Shown here: positions 59,315 to 64,000 of the stretch, in pieces
Layout of the letters: every line of letters begins with the position of its first letter
Position numbering within the stretch: position 1 is the first letter of the stretch
Source of the DNA: Azolla caroliniana
Lineage: Eukaryota; Plantae; Polypodiophyta
Assembly (NCBI GenBank): GCA_043228905.1
Contig: JBHGNT010000001.1
Span: 3,968,001 to 4,032,000, forward strand
Length of the DNA stretch: 64,000 nucleotides
Direction of reading: 5' to 3'
Notes under the pieces: model-generated
The model's database searches: none
What the model saw: only the letters and a program-made list of their open reading frames with translations
Told to the model about the DNA's origin: nothing
Position numbers and translations under genes: made by a program

Positions 59315-62300
59315 TTATATAAAATATATTCTTCACATCTGTATGATTTAGCACTTTATGAAATGAATGAATACCAATAATTAGCCTTTTTTACTGCTTA
59401 TGATATCTGATATAAGGAAGAACATATATGAAACTTAATGCATCATACCTTATTGTCATGGCAACATTTTTATTGTTGTAGAGATTCTATCTCATTGGAA
59501 AGGATGAACACGGTATTCGGTGGAGAGTATTAAAGATTGATAGAACAGAGAAAGATCTTAACATTTATGAGGATCCAGCAATATACTCGAAGGAAGACTG
59601 TCTGGACCTTCTCAAGAGATTGGCCGAAGGAAACCGTAAGCATGGTGGTATAAACCTTGTAACAAAGGCCTATGGGATAATTGGTCAGTATATTAAGAGA
59701 TGAATGAAAACAATGTGAACAAAAAAAGAAACTTGTGGGTTATATATATGCACATTCTTTATTTTCAGGTTTTGTCAAGTTTCTGGAGCCTTATTACATG
59801 ATTCTCATTACAAAGCGCCGGTTTCTTGGTAGCATATGTGGACATTCTATCTATGCAATATCTAAAAGCCGGCTACTGATGATCCCTCATCCTTCTCTTT
59901 TGACAAGTTTAGCTGTCTCTCGATCTGAGAAAAGGTTTGTATCATTTCGGCCCATAACTGGAACCTAATCACAATACTGTTGCAAATTCTTAACCTTTCT
60001 TTACTTTTCTCTGAAATACAGGTATATCAGATTATTCAATTCAATCAATCTTTCCAGAGATTTCTTCTACAGTTATACCTATCGTGCCATGTGGACTCTT
60101 CAGAGGAATGATATTACGGGCAAAAAACAGAAAATTCCATATGATGACATGTTTGTTTGGAACTCGTTTCTTACCAGAGGATATCGGACATTACTAAAAT
60201 CCACCTACTGGATTGTGCCCCTGGTGCATGGATTCTTTAGGCAGGTAAATCTCTGAGCTTGAGCTAGTAGTTTTGACGCCTTAGTTTGTATTTACGATCT
60301 CTTGTGGATCATGGTTGTTTCCCTTTAAAAATGCAATAGAGCAGAGAATATTTTCGTTGTAATATTTGTATGTCCTATGATATGCTCAATCCTACATGAT
60401 CAAGCAAAATAAAATTTTAATTTCGGAGTGTGGACTAAGTATTTATTAGTAAGAAAAACATTTGAAATCATTATTGTGGATGGATTCTGAATTTTTCAGG
60501 AGAAATTAGTTATCGAGAATGCGAGTTTCACATTGACACTAATTGCAAGACGATCGAGGCACTATGCAGGAACAAGGTCCAACAATATCTTTTCTCATGG
60601 TTTCATTGACATTAAAAATGTTCTCTACATTTTCTCTTATCGACCGAATTTATTTTTAGGTACCTTAAGAGGGGTGTTAATGCGAAAGGTAGAGTGGCAA
60701 ATGATGTAGAAACAGAACAATTGATTGCTGATGAAACTGGTCAGATTAGTTCAATTGTCCAACATCGAGGATCTATACCGTTATATTGGTCACAAGAAAC
60801 TGCCGTGCTCAGCGTAAAGCCAGACATTATCTGTATGCATATGGTTTCAGCCTTCAATTTCTTTTTCATCTTTACTGTTTGATTTGATCTTCATGATTTT
60901 TTCATTACACTTTTCTTAAACACCGACTTATTTTATATCTTTTCAGTGCATAAAAAAGATTCTGAGTATGAGGCTACTGCACTACATTTTGAGAACCTTG
61001 CAGCTAGATATGGGAACCCGATTGTGGTTCTGAATCTGGTCAAGGTACTTAAACAACTTACCTTTTTTGTACTTAACATATTATAATAGGTTCAGGCACA
61101 CCCTTGTAAGCCTGTGATACATTTAATAGCTCAGATTAGGATACATTCATTTGCTGGGCTCCTCAGAAAGAAAATAAGTGGAAATCTTTCTCATAAATGA
61201 GATCAAAAGAAAGAAAGTGTCATCCAATTATTGCTGAACAGTTTTTTTCTGAAGAAAATGTTTTCTCATTGTACAGACAATGGAGAAGAGACCACGGGAA
61301 ACTATCCTTTGTAGAGAATTTGCAACCTCTGTGGCTTATATAAATCATAAGCTACCCAAAACTGATCGCATTTGGTTCATCCAATTAGATTTGCACTTAT
61401 TTGCAAAGAGGTCTGTAACCATTTACATTTTGAAGATTCTATGTCTATTTTATTGATTTTCCTATGTTACATATATGAACATTTTTTTCACTGAATCCAA
61501 ACATTTCAGGCAAAACAAGTCCATAAACATGTTAGAAATACTGGAAAATAACGCTGCCGATATGCTAGATCGGGTTGGATTTTATTGCAGCGGAAAAAAC
61601 TTGCACAATAACTCTCGCCATGATGAATTAAAGTAGGTATGCTGTTGGATTTTAACTGCCCAAAAGTCTATGGTACTTCAAATAGTGCAAGATATAGATA
61701 CTTAAAGTATGGTCAGTGTGAATCATTGATATTCATCTTACAGTGTGCTAAGAACACCAGTGACAAGGATGCTTCAACATGGGGTTCTGAGGACAAATTG
61801 TATTGATTGTCTTGATCGCACAAATGTTGCACAGTATGCATTTGGGTTAGCAGGTTTGGGCCGGCAATTGCATGCACTTGGTTTGTGGAGCAATAATCTA
61901 GCTGGTTCAAACAGCAATCTCGGAATTACTCTGATGGAATTCTATGAAAGTATGGGGGATACACTTGCGTTACAATATGGTGGTTCACCAGCTCATAACA
62001 AGGTCAGATGGAGCTTAACATTTGTGTTTTTCTTTGTAATTTTTGTGAGAACTTTTAATGACTTAAAGTTTTCTGAATAGTATTTAACAATTCGTTGTGT
62101 CGATATTAACAATATTATGGTGAAGTGCAGCTCTTTTTGCAGTGGCAAGGGAAGTGGAATGCAACCATCCAATCTCAGGAGTTATTTAGAGCTTTCCTGA
62201 GGCATTACAGTAATGCATACCTTGATGGAGAGAAACAGGACGCAATAAATATGTGAGTGCCATTGTTAGTTTCAACTCTTATTTACACGTGTCCCTTCTT

Positions 62301-64000
62301 TTCAGATACGAAGATAACAAAAACTCAATGTGCAGATTTTTAGGGAATTTTCGTCCAGAAGCGGGCAAGCCCGACCTTTGGCAGCTAGACTCAGACAATC
62401 ACTTGAAATTTAGACGAGTTGGAGATGATCCAGAGAATGATTTAAGGTAACTGATATTGTTCACTGACTACCTAATCTTGCATTACTCTCGTTATATAAT
62501 TTATGAAACTGAAGAGCAACTTATATTGATATGAATATTATGTGCCTTTGTAGGCTATAATCTTGCATTACCCTTGTTATATAATTTTATGAACTGAAGA
62601 GCAACTTATATTGATATGAATATTATGTGCCTGTATAGGCTATCATTCAGAAGATCACTCTCAGCTGGGAGTACAGTGGAGATGGTTGATAATTCAACTA
62701 TTTTATCATCAGAGGTCGCATCCCAAATGGATTCAAATGCAATTCAAAAGTTGCGGCCATTCAAGAGTTCTTTCAATACAGCGAACAAGAGTTTGACACT
62801 GAGTGATGCAGAATTACATCAATGTCTTGAAGATGTTGGAAGATCTGGAAGCTATTCCGATTCTGACATCAGGTATGTGCCAGTGTCATTAAGTCACATG
62901 AGTGACGTTCTTTACATTTGGCCATGGATATAATTCAAAACAGTTTTTCTCTTTCTTTTTACATCAGTATAGCTGTAGCATTTCAGTTTGCATGAACTTA
63001 AAAGGCTGTAAGATGAGCGTTCACATCAGATCTTGTAGTTATTCGGATTGAATGAATGGCATCAAAACCTTGTCAAGGTTTAGTTAGGAAGCTCTCAGTA
63101 CATCTGTTTCATGTTTGTAAGCTGAAACTGTTTTTATTTCATTTGTTGGAATACCAAAAAAACATTGTTAACTAGTTATGAACCTCTCAGTATCTGTTGG
63201 GTGGCTGTAACCTGAAACAGTTTTTACTTTTTTTGCCAGATCTTGTAGTTTTCCAATTGAGTGAATTACGATAAAACATTGTTAATTGTTTGGTTAGGAA
63301 GTTCACAGAATATCTTGAAGCAATCCAGATTGGTTTCTTAGTCTTTTTAGCTTGTTATAGGAGTGAAGGGGGTCTTTGTGATAGTACTGATGCGGGCTGG
63401 ATGTCTTCATCAGGAGATGAAGTACAAGAAAGGTGAAACTAGAAATAACTTTTTATTTCACATATTTTAATCTCTTGATGGTGTTACCTCTTCATCTCCA
63501 CTCATCTTTTATGTGAGTTAGATGTCGTTACCAAGAGTATTTTATTCATGTTTGATCTATAAGTAATACTCGATTTACTTTGTCTCTACAGACACATCAC
63601 AAGAATGAACAACACAGAAAGTAATGGGACAGCCCCCAACAGTTGGCAGCATACACTTTCGGAAATTCTCAGGAGGGGGGAAGATAATGATGACCCAGAT
63701 GATCATTTTCAAGTATAATATTGTGTTTTACATTTGATACCAAATAATCAGTTTTGTAGGTCAAATTCAGAATGTAGAGCTAATGAACAACCCTTTGTAT
63801 GCAGGATTTGACAGCTCTCTTGTTAAATGCCAAGTCCAAAAAAAGCTGAGCAAGATGTTTGGTGTACACACGAATCTGATTACAGGATGTAGCTGGCCAT
63901 CTGCAAGGGCTCCTCTTATTTTGACATTTTTGAACTATATATATTTGATTGTTTCAGTGGATAGACAAAGCTGAACATCAGATCCAAGGCAGACACCCGA
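58481..64000 (+). CDS. FIG4: SAC-domain phosphoinositide phosphatase, FIG4/AtSAC1-5 type; 3' end outside or at window edge
   Basis: Multi-exon (58481-58642, 59482-59683, 59769-59934, 60022-60244, ...). LQKFFLYE|[49 protein letters not shown], catalytic [34 protein letters not shown]. Confidence 0.95.
62473..62642 (+). repeat. 85-bp tandem duplication spanning a 3' splice site
   Basis: Copies start at 62473 and 62558; each ends TAG|GCTA. Confidence 0.93.

Overview
Eukaryotic land-plant nuclear DNA: GT-AG introns, microsatellites and C>T-decayed transposons. A non-seed plant such as a fern is suggested by the element types, but that is inference only. There are five protein-coding genes and one tRNA: an atypical group I WRKY factor (+), a HAESA/HSL-like LRR receptor kinase (-), tRNA-Leu(CAA) (+), an Alba-domain protein (-), the thylakoid lumen 16.5 kDa protein MPH2 (-), and a FIG4/SAC1-type phosphoinositide phosphatase (+, runs off the window). 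Between them lie a full-length and several 5'-truncated L1-type LINEs with target-site duplications (TSDs), a Copia-like LTR relic and nested insertions. The most striking object is a complete, recent chromoviral Ty3/Gypsy element (46814-53289, -). Its 424-bp LTR combines a tRNA-like Pol III A/B-box module at the U3 edge, a perfect heat-shock element beside the TATA box, and a Tf1-type self-priming site instead of a tRNA PBS; the element also has a -1 frameshift signal. All coordinates were read by eye, and no database searches were run.
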